Shown piece by piece: positions 1 to 6,471 of a DNA stretch of 22,046 nt. Origin of the DNA: Verrucomicrobiales bacterium (GTDB lineage Bacteria > Verrucomicrobiota > Verrucomicrobiia > Verrucomicrobiales > V1-33). Below the pieces are notes generated by a model. It saw nothing but the letters and a program-made list of their open reading frames with translations. It did no database searches and was not told the origin of the DNA. Both the position numbers and the translations under genes were made by a program. How positions within the stretch are numbered: position 1 is the first letter of the stretch; every line of letters begins with the position of its first letter. The stretch covers positions 1-22,046 of the forward strand of contig JANOAV010000026.1 in the NCBI GenBank assembly GCA_031411295.1, in the 5' to 3' direction.

Positions 1-13
1 CGGGATCGAAAAA

Positions 14-251
14 TCCTGTAAGGACGACACATCAAAGCCCAGGGTGCAGCGCAGCGTAACCCTGGGTCTGCGCGACATTTCGATCTAAGCCCTGGAAGGG
101 CGGGACAGAGGCAGCGCGCAGGGAGAGCCCCGATTACACACACTCATCACATTCCATTGTCCCGCCCTTTCAGGGCTTCTGTTGATTGGTGATTCTTTCC
201 CAGGGTTACGCTGCGCTCCACCCTGGGCTTTGATGTGTCGTCCCTTCAGGA
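14..251. repeat. Nested inverted-repeat element (REP/REPIN- or MITE-like, non-coding)
   Basis: 14..66 is the reverse complement of 199..251 (50/53 matches). 87..107 is the reverse complement of 158..178 (20/21). The arms contain their own hairpins (cccagggt..accctggg at 38..66; gccct-gga-agggc at 89..101). A 50-bp unique core lies at 108..157. Confidence 0.85.
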
Positions 252-273
252 CTTATTGCATTGTGGGCGGATA

Positions 274-341
274 CCCCGGGTTACGCTGAGTTGCACCCTG
301 GCTTTGATGTGTCGTCCTTTCAGGACTTATTGCATTGTGGG
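274..341. repeat. Degenerate tandem direct copy of the right arm of the inverted-repeat element
   Basis: 274..341 (ccccgggttacgctgagttgcaccctggctttgatgtgtcgtcctttcaggacttattgcattgtggg) repeats 199..267, including 16 bp of flank beyond the inverted repeat, with a few substitutions and a 1-nt deletion. Confidence 0.9.
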
Positions 342-342
342 T

Positions 343-483
343 GAAAGCCCAGAACAGGCGGGTAGAATTTCCTGGGCCGCAAGCGAAGACGCAGCGCTGG
401 ATCACTATGAGGTGCGTTGGTGCCCGGGCGAAACCTATGATAAGAAGGAGGAACGTCTGGCGTTCTCGGTAGATACGGAAGCG
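343..483 (+). pseudogene. Probable gene fragment (fibronectin type III-like segment)
   Basis: Translates as ESPEQAGRISWAASEDAALDHYEVRWCPGETYDKKEERLAFSVDTEA, with an FN3-like 'ISW..S.....DHYEVRW' pattern. It has no plausible start of its own and is bounded by the repeat on the left and the 7-mer microsatellite on the right. Confidence 0.45.
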
Positions 484-517
484 GACAGAGGACAGAGGAC
501 AGAGGACAGGGGTCGGA
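483..517. repeat. Heptamer tandem repeat (GGACAGA)n
   Basis: ggacaga x3 perfect (483..503) followed by degenerate ggacagg and ggtcgga. Confidence 0.9.
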
Positions 518-561
518 GGAACCTGCAAAGCCTTGGTGAATCGCAGGCTTGGCGTGATGCA

Positions 562-584
562 CCGCTTAAAAGCGGGACTCCAAC
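562..584 (-). repeat. Single GGAG-type REP-like palindrome
   Basis: The minus strand reads gttGGAGtc-ccgct-ttta-agcgg: a GGAG tetranucleotide followed by a short GC-rich hairpin, about 50 bp downstream of the aldehyde dehydrogenase stop. Confidence 0.55.
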
Positions 585-632
585 GGATGTTCCAGTTTGG
601 CGTGAACCCATCACCTTGCATGATTTCCACCA

Positions 633-2165
633 CTAGTCCATGAGGTAGGGTGCCAAGCCTTGGAGTCCGCCTTCGCGACCGAAGCCGCTTTCTTTGTAGC
701 CGCCGAAGGGGCTGGTGGGATCGAATTTGTTGTAGGTGTTGGCCCAGATCACTCCGGCTTTCAGTTTGTTGACCAGCTTGAAAATCTTGCTGCCTTTGTC
801 GGTCCAGATGCCGGCACTGAGTCCGTAACAGGTGTTGTTGGCGCGCTCGATGGCTTCCTCCGGGGTGCGGAAGGTCATGATGCTGAGCACGGGGCCGAAA
901 ATTTCCTCCTGCGCGATGCGATGGCTGGCGGTCACGTTGGTGAAGAAGCTGGGCTTGAACCAAAAGCCTTTGCTGGGGAGTTTACATTCGCTCTGCGTGA
1001 GTGATGCCCCCTCCTCCACCCCGCTGGCGACCAGGGCCTTGATGCGGTCGAGTTGGGCTTTGGAGTTGATGGCCCCCAGGTCGGTGTTCTTATCCAAGGG
1101 ATCGCCCACGCGGAGGGATTTCAGGCGATCCGTTAGCTTCTGCACCACGGCTGGCAGGATAGACTCTTCCACGAGCAATCTGGATCCGGCACAGCAAACG
1201 TGGCCTTGATTGAAGTAAATCCCACTGATGATGCCCTCGATGGCTTGATCCAATGGAGCATCGGCAAAAATGATGTTCGCAGCCTTGCCACCCAATTCCA
1301 AGGTGAGTCGCTTGTTAGTCCCCGCACAGCTTTGGGCGATCCATTTGCCGACGGCGGTGGATCCGGTAAATGCCAGTTTGTTGATATCGGGATGCTGCAC
1401 CAAAGCGGAACCGGTCTCCCCTGCCCCCGTGACGATGTTGACGACGCCCTCCGGCAGGCCGGCTTCCTGGAAAATTTGCGCCAGATGCAGGGCGGTGATG
1501 GAGGTAGTCTCGGCGGGTTTCAGCACCACGGTATTCCCCGCCGCCAAGGCTGGAGCTATCTTCCAGGCGGCCATGAGCAGGGGGAAGTTCCACGGAATGA
1601 TCTGCCCGGCCACGCCCAAGGGCCGCGGCGTGCGCCCGGGCGTGGCGTAGGCCAATTTATCCGCCCATCCCGCATAGTAAAAGAAATGAGCTGCCACCAA
1701 AGGCAGGTCCACATCGCGACTCTCCTTGATCGGCTTGCCGCCGTCCATCGTTTCCAGGACGGCCAGTTCGCGAGCCTTCTCCTGAATCATGCGGGCAATG
1801 CGATACAAATATTTCCCGCGTTCCTTGCCGGGCATTTTCGACCATACGGAGTCGTAGGCCTGACGTGCGGACGTGACGGCTAGGTCAACATCCAAGGCGC
1901 TGCCCAAGGAGATCTGCGCGAGTTCCTTTTCGTTAGCAGGGTTGATGCTGGGGAAATATTTACCACCTTTGGGGCGGACGAATTTGCCGTTGATGAACAG
2001 ACCATACTCCTGGCGCAGCGGCACCTTCATGGATTCGGGAGCGGGCGCATAGTCCCACGCATGGCCGAACTGCAAGGCCAAGTCCTTGGGCGCAGCAGGT
2101 TGCGGTGCGGTAGTGGCAGCTTTGGAGCGAGAGGCAGATTTCTTTTTGGCAGGAGCAGATTTCAT
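633..2165 (-). CDS. NAD(P)-dependent aldehyde dehydrogenase (probably ALDH16-like/deoC-associated subfamily), 510 aa
   Basis: ALDH motifs IIPWNFPL, LKPAE, FTGSTAVG, LELGGK (catalytic Glu), GHVCCAGSR (catalytic Cys), EEIFGPV, PFGGYKESGFGREGG. Start placed at ATG 2165 (MKSAPAKKK) because the longer ORF-track start overlaps the divergent gene and is not ALDH-like. Confidence 0.95.
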   Translation of the reverse strand: MKSAPAKKKSASRSKAATTAPQPAAPKDLALQFGHAWDYAPAPESMKVPLRQEYGLFINGKFVRPKGGKYFPSINPANEKELAQISLGSALDVDLAVTSARQAYDSVWSKMPGKERGKYLYRIARMIQEKARELAVLETMDGGKPIKESRDVDLPLVAAHFFYYAGWADKLAYATPGRTPRPLGVAGQIIPWNFPLLMAAWKIAPALAAGNTVVLKPAETTSITALHLAQIFQEAGLPEGVVNIVTGAGETGSALVQHPDINKLAFTGSTAVGKWIAQSCAGTNKRLTLELGGKAANIIFADAPLDQAIEGIISGIYFNQGHVCCAGSRLLVEESILPAVVQKLTDRLKSLRVGDPLDKNTDLGAINSKAQLDRIKALVASGVEEGASLTQSECKLPSKGFWFKPSFFTNVTASHRIAQEEIFGPVLSIMTFRTPEEAIERANNTCYGLSAGIWTDKGSKIFKLVNKLKAGVIWANTYNKFDPTSPFGGYKESGFGREGGLQGLAPYLMD

Positions 2166-2266
2166 CGGTGCGGACACTAATGGCAGGATTTCAGAATTGT
2201 AAACCGAGGAGTGGTTCTGGTTGCGGGTCATGGGTTGGCGGATCAATCTGTCGTTTCTATTCTCCC

Positions 2267-4999
2267 ATGCCATCCACTCCTCCCTTCCTCCCACACCACG
2301 GCCTGCTGCTAACACCCGAAGGGGTATTGATTTGGGATGATGGACATGATTTACCCGACGCACTCCGTCACCCCTTGGAAAAGGCTTTCCTGGCCCGACC
2401 AGCGGAAGCGTTGTTGCTGCTCAGTGGGAAACTGGCGGAAGTGGAATTGCCGGAATCGCTGCGATTTTGGCGGGAGTTTGCGAAACGTTATCTCGTGGCG
2501 CTCTGCCATGTGCCTCGCTTGCGGGAGGACGGTTGGCAGGGCGGACCACCACTGCCTACGGAAGCGCAGTTTGCAGAGATCATTGCCAGTGCTCCGCCCG
2601 GACCTGGCATGGAATATCTCTCCAGCGCTGTGCTCGCAAATTTATGGGAAGCGCTCAGTGGTGCGGTCCTGAGTCGGATTGCCGCAGCGGATCATGATGT
2701 GGCGGCCGCGCTGGCGGAGATCCATCCGGTGTGGCGGCTAGTGGGGCGGGTGACGCTGCATTTGGCGGAAAACAAACGCAGTCCAGAATTCCCTTTTGCG
2801 TTCCTCGCCACGTATAGTCATCGCGTCGATGCCGCCTCCCAATTGCAATTCCTCCCCCTGGCTCAAGCCCTGAAGGAAAGCGCGGTCCGGGAGGACAAGA
2901 GCCAGTTACTAACCTTGCTCATGCCGTTGAAGGCCGGGGCGCAGAAGAGTGAATTGCTCAATACGTTGATCGAAACCAAGCAGATTTTCCAGCCCTTGGC
3001 ATGGACTCCAGCAGAGGCATTTTTCTTTCTGAAGGATGTGCCGGTTTTGGAGGAGGCAGGCCTCATCATGCGGGTGCCGGACTGGTGGCAGGGCAAGAAA
3101 GGTTCCCGCGCTACGGTCGTAGTCACGCTGGATACGGGCGCCAAAACTCAAGGGGTAGGAGCCAACGCGCTATTGGGATTCGATGTGCAGGTGGCGATAG
3201 GCGATCAGGTTCTAACGACCGCTGAGTTGGCCGCATTGCTGGCGGCGGATGCTCCGCTCGTTAGCCTGAAAGGCCAGTGGGTGGAAGTGGACAAGGCCAA
3301 GCTGGCCGAAGCCTTGGCCTTGTGGCGGAAGGCGCAGGCAGCCAATGCGAATGGCATTCCGTTTCACCTGGGGATGCGTCTGCTGTCCGGTTTTCCGTTG
3401 GGTGGTGCGGTGCCAGGATTGGAGGATGCTGAATTGGCGGAAGGCGGCTGGACTTCGATCGCGGCGGGGAATCGTTTGCAGGACTTGCTCGCCAAGCTGC
3501 GGGAGCCCTTGCCGCAGCAGCAGGAACTGGCGGTGCCCGGCCTCAAGGCGACGTTGCGTCACTATCAATCCAAGGGCACGGCTTGGTTACATTTCATGGG
3601 AAAGATGGGCATGGGGGCCTGCCTGGCAGACGATATGGGGCTGGGAAAAACGCTCCAAGTCATCGCGCTGCTGCTCCTACGCCGTGCGGAAATGATGCGC
3701 CACGAACTGCTGCCGAGTCTGCTGGTGGTGCCGGCCTCGCTCTTGGGAAACTGGCAGCGGGAACTGGAGAAATTCGCCCCAGGCTACCCTTACCTCATTG
3801 CTCATCGCAGTGCGCTCACAGCAGCCGAGGCCAAGTCCGTGGCGGAAGGGACGCATCGGTCCCTGGGACTGGGGGCGATCATCATCACGACTTACACCAC
3901 GTTAGGAAAACTCGACGGGCTACTGGAGCAGAACTTTGATGTTGCAGTGCTGGACGAAGCCCAGGCGATCAAAAATGCGGGCACCTCCCAGTCCCGCACC
4001 GTTAAGCAAATCCGCGCGCGCCAGCGCATTGCGCTTACCGGAACTCCCATCGAAAACCGCCTCGACGATCTCTGGAGTTTGTTCGATTTCCTCAATCCCG
4101 GCCTGCTCGGCGGACCGACCGAATTTTCCGCTGCAGTTAAGCGGCTCGTGAAGGCGGAACGTGGCTACGCCTCATTGAAGCAGCTAGTGCGGCCGTATCT
4201 CCTCCGCCGGATGAAGACCGATCCCGCCGTGGCCCCGGATCTTCCTAGCAAGACCGAACTGACAGCTTACTGCTATCTAAACAAACGCCAGGCCAGCCTC
4301 TATCAACGCGCAGTTACCGCCCTGGCCAAGGAACTAGCCAGCGCGGAGGATCAAATTCAGCGGCAGGGCGTGGTGCTGGGCGCGCTCATGAAGCTGAAAC
4401 AGATTTGCAATCACCCCAGCCTCTGGAGTGGCGATAAATCGTATCTTCCCGAGGACAGTGGAAAGTTCGATCGCTTGGGCGAAATCGCTCGGGAAATTGC
4501 GGATCGGCAAGAGAAGATGCTCATTTTCTCCCAGTTCCGCGAGATGACGGGCCCACTTTTCGACTTCCTTTCCCAAGTCTTCGGTCGCCCGGGATTACTG
4601 CTGCATGGCGGCACTCCAGTGGGGAAGCGGGCGCAACTCGTGGACCAATTCCAAGCTCCCGGAGGGCCACCGTATTTCGTGATTAGCTTGAAGGCGGGTG
4701 GCTCGGGTCTCAATCTAACGGCAGCAAGCCACGTCATCCATTTTGACCGTTGGTGGAATCCCGCCGTGGAAAATCAGGCCACCGACCGCGCCTTCCGCAT
4801 TGGACAGAAGAAAAGCGTGCTCGTCCACAAGTTCGTCACCCAAGGCACCTTGGAAGAACGCATCGACGAAATGATCCAATCCAAAAAAGCGCTGGCGGAT
4901 GATCTGCTGGGTGATCAGGACGGTGCCGTTAAATTGCTCACCGACATGAATAACGACGAACTACTCCGGTTCGTGCAGTTGGATGTGAACCGAATCTAG
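2267..4999 (+). CDS. SNF2-family helicase-like ATPase (DUF3670-type N-terminal region + SNF2_N + Helicase_C), 910 aa
   Basis: Motifs LADDMGLGKT (I), VVPASLLGNW (Ia), LDEAQAIKN (II), LTGTPIENRL (III), LRRMK, LKQICNHP, IFSQF, SLKAGGSGLNLT (V), FDRWWNPAVENQATDRAFRIGQ (VI). The N-terminal 'PDWW' and 'LVSLKGQWVEVD' segments are typical of DUF3670-containing members. ATG at 2267 chosen as start. Confidence 0.95.
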   Translation: MPSTPPFLPHHGLLLTPEGVLIWDDGHDLPDALRHPLEKAFLARPAEALLLLSGKLAEVELPESLRFWREFAKRYLVALCHVPRLREDGWQGGPPLPTEAQFAEIIASAPPGPGMEYLSSAVLANLWEALSGAVLSRIAAADHDVAAALAEIHPVWRLVGRVTLHLAENKRSPEFPFAFLATYSHRVDAASQLQFLPLAQALKESAVREDKSQLLTLLMPLKAGAQKSELLNTLIETKQIFQPLAWTPAEAFFFLKDVPVLEEAGLIMRVPDWWQGKKGSRATVVVTLDTGAKTQGVGANALLGFDVQVAIGDQVLTTAELAALLAADAPLVSLKGQWVEVDKAKLAEALALWRKAQAANANGIPFHLGMRLLSGFPLGGAVPGLEDAELAEGGWTSIAAGNRLQDLLAKLREPLPQQQELAVPGLKATLRHYQSKGTAWLHFMGKMGMGACLADDMGLGKTLQVIALLLLRRAEMMRHELLPSLLVVPASLLGNWQRELEKFAPGYPYLIAHRSALTAAEAKSVAEGTHRSLGLGAIIITTYTTLGKLDGLLEQNFDVAVLDEAQAIKNAGTSQSRTVKQIRARQRIALTGTPIENRLDDLWSLFDFLNPGLLGGPTEFSAAVKRLVKAERGYASLKQLVRPYLLRRMKTDPAVAPDLPSKTELTAYCYLNKRQASLYQRAVTALAKELASAEDQIQRQGVVLGALMKLKQICNHPSLWSGDKSYLPEDSGKFDRLGEIAREIADRQEKMLIFSQFREMTGPLFDFLSQVFGRPGLLLHGGTPVGKRAQLVDQFQAPGGPPYFVISLKAGGSGLNLTAASHVIHFDRWWNPAVENQATDRAFRIGQKKSVLVHKFVTQGTLEERIDEMIQSKKALADDLLGDQDGAVKLLTDMNNDELLRFVQLDVNRI

Positions 5000-5059
5000 C
5001 ACTCCCCAAAAACACAACGCGAGAGGACTGACTTGTTCAATAGGGCGGGACGGCTGAAG

Positions 5060-5176
5060 AAAATCAGGTGAATCCAAGGCTTCATTTTTTGTGATAGAGC
5101 AACTGCCGCCGCCGCCTAGCCAAGCTCAAAATTCCGGCTGCCCCGAGGATTCCTCCGGATGGCTCAGGGATGGCAT
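5060..5176. repeat. 117-bp direct repeat, copy 1 (PEP-CTERM tail + stop + next start codon)
   Basis: Aligns without gaps to 5812..5928 (offset 752 bp) with 8 mismatches in 117. Confidence 0.95.
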
Positions 5177-5837
5177 AGCCATACTGAAGGTGGTCGAGAT
5201 AGATCGTGCTATACAAGGTGACTTGAGAAATACCAGCGTCGTTGTAAAGTCCGAAAAAGGTGCCCCACCGGGGATCGTCCGCAATCCAGTTGTCCAGCCC
5301 AGTCCCACCAACGGGAGTGTCGAATATTTCGTAAGTAAAGATGGCATTTCCAAATGCATCTTTGACGCCCAATAACTCATAATTCCCACGGTTTTGTGAT
5401 TCGGTGGTCGGGACAATAAAGGGAGCAACTGTAAACCCGGTTAATGCATTGACCTCCGCTGGAAAGGCCATGCCGAAGTAGCGGGGGTAGTGCCCGTTCG
5501 CATCGGGTGCAAAATTCAGGATAAACGTCTCAACGACACTACTGCCAGTTCTCATTGCGTGACCGCTCGAAATTCCTAAAAGTGGATTGTAAAACCGATC
5601 AATCGAAACATCGCGGGTATAGCGAGGTGCTATTGCAAACGTTAGACTAGGATAAGACCGATCAGAAGTTTCAAAATTATTGAAATAGAGCGAGCCATTC
5701 TGGATCCCTTCATAAAACGGGCTTTGGGTCACTGAGACGTAGTTATCCACGCGGAAAATCGTGGCTGCGGGCACATCCAGAGTAAGCGTTCTGAGCATTC
5801 CCGTCGCTCCAAAAATCAGGTGAATCCAAGGCTTCAT
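5082..5837 (-). CDS. PEP-CTERM-sorted secreted/surface protein of unknown function, 251 aa
   Basis: The C-terminus YLDHLQYGYA-IPEPS-GGILGAAGILSLA-RRRRQ has the PEP motif, a hydrophobic stretch and a basic cluster. The N-terminus is only weakly signal-peptide-like. Sampled 60-nt lines are 37-45% GC, lower than the flanking genes. Confidence 0.85.
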   Translation of the reverse strand: MKPWIHLIFGATGMLRTLTLDVPAATIFRVDNYVSVTQSPFYEGIQNGSLYFNNFETSDRSYPSLTFAIAPRYTRDVSIDRFYNPLLGISSGHAMRTGSSVVETFILNFAPDANGHYPRYFGMAFPAEVNALTGFTVAPFIVPTTESQNRGNYELLGVKDAFGNAIFTYEIFDTPVGGTGLDNWIADDPRWGTFFGLYNDAGISQVTLYSTIYLDHLQYGYAIPEPSGGILGAAGILSLARRRRQLLYHKK

Positions 5838-5928
5838 TTTTTGTGATAGAGTAACCGCCTCCGCCGCCCAGCCAAGCTCAAAATTCCCGTTGCCCCGAGG
5901 ATTTTTCCGGATGGCTCAGGGATGGCAT
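5812..5928. repeat. 117-bp direct repeat, copy 2
   Basis: 93% identical to 5060..5176. Similarity continues ~24 bp further (ggtagtcgagatagaacgtgct vs ggtggtcgagatagatcgtgct) after a 10-nt deletion. Confidence 0.95.
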
Positions 5929-6133
5929 CAGGTAGTCGAGATAGAACGTGCTTGATTATCCAGTTTGCAGCAGATTCAAACTGAGCATTCACTTGTCGGT
6001 CATTGGGGCAGGCGAGTAAATGTCCAGCGGAGGTATCACGTTTAACGTGCGGCCGGGACTGGATGCTTGCCCAGAACAGAGCTTAAGGCTCAGGAGGCAG
6101 AAGAGCAGGGCCAGCGGAATCGTCTGGAATCAT
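5834..6133 (-). pseudogene. Degenerate PEP-CTERM paralog remnant
   Basis: The 3' part reads STFYLDYL / frameshift / AIPEPSGKILGATGILSLAGRRRRLLYHKK*, paralogous to the adjacent gene's STIYLDHLQYGYAIPEPSGG.... The 5' part (6129..5989) reads FQTIPLALLFCLLSLKLCSGQASS..., which is signal-peptide-like, with an ATG at 6133 one base out of frame. That both pieces come from one gene is inferred. Confidence 0.65.
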
Positions 6134-6417
6134 GGTGCTGGGTGAGGATGTAATGGTTGCGACGGGCTGCGATTTTTCAGCGCCTAAGATTGGTCCTAAC
6201 TCGGAAGAAACTAGGAGGCAATAATATTCTGGCTTGCGACGTTGTCGCTGACTGTGCCGCGGGGCGGGAGCGTTGTGACTAAAATTTAGCCCTCAGCGCT
6301 TAACGCGATCTCCTGTGGCTTCCTTTTATTGTTCCCGGCGCCTCAGGCAGGTCATAACTCTCGTTTTTGAGAAGTTTAAGCACTAAATCTGGTAACACGC
6401 CTCTCAAGGTTGATTCG

Positions 6418-6448
6418 TTGTTGAAATTATTAAAAGACTTGATAATAT
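6418..6448 (+). promoter_or_regulatory. Candidate sigma70-type promoter of the signalling operon
   Basis: Very AT-rich tract immediately upstream of ATG 6472. TTGAAA (6421..6426)-16 nt-TAATAT (6443..6448) preceded by TGn, or alternatively TTGTTG-17 nt-GATAAT. Confidence 0.45.
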
Positions 6449-6471
6449 CCATAATTGTTGTTAATTATTTT

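Noticed and set aside
1..341. Possible CRISPR array or ncRNA
   Set aside because: The repeats are inverted and nested rather than regularly spaced direct repeats with unique spacers, there are no cas genes, and no RNA family is recognisable.
235..636. 133-aa ORF as an intact gene
   Set aside because: It starts inside the repeat and reads through the microsatellite (DRGQRTEDRG) and the REP-like hairpin; only 343..483 looks protein-like.
253..963. 236-aa minus-strand ORF
   Set aside because: An alternative frame overlapping the aldehyde dehydrogenase 3' end; Arg/Gln/His-rich shadow composition.
2166..2363. Longer N-termini (ALDH from 2363, SNF2 from 2168) implying overlapping divergent genes
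   Set aside because: The extensions are not family-like; ATGs at 2165 and 2267 give a normal 101-bp divergent intergenic region.
2267..4999. SNF2 gene as part of an anti-phage defence island (DISARM/Zorya/BREX-like)
   Set aside because: No methylase, nuclease or other defence genes are adjacent; the neighbours are a metabolic gene and a surface protein.
5060..5928. Direct repeats as DGR template/variable repeats or integron attC sites
   Set aside because: The mismatches are not confined to adenines of one copy on either strand, no reverse transcriptase or integrase is in the window, and there is no attC-like palindrome.
6236..6288. Short palindromes gcgac-gtt-gtcgc and ctaaa-a-tttag as operators
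   Set aside because: 5-bp arms are expected by chance and there is no supporting repeat or regulator.
6367..6471. TTG-start extension of the binding protein
   Set aside because: It translates the AT-rich promoter tract; ATG 6472 places the signal peptide near the N-terminus.
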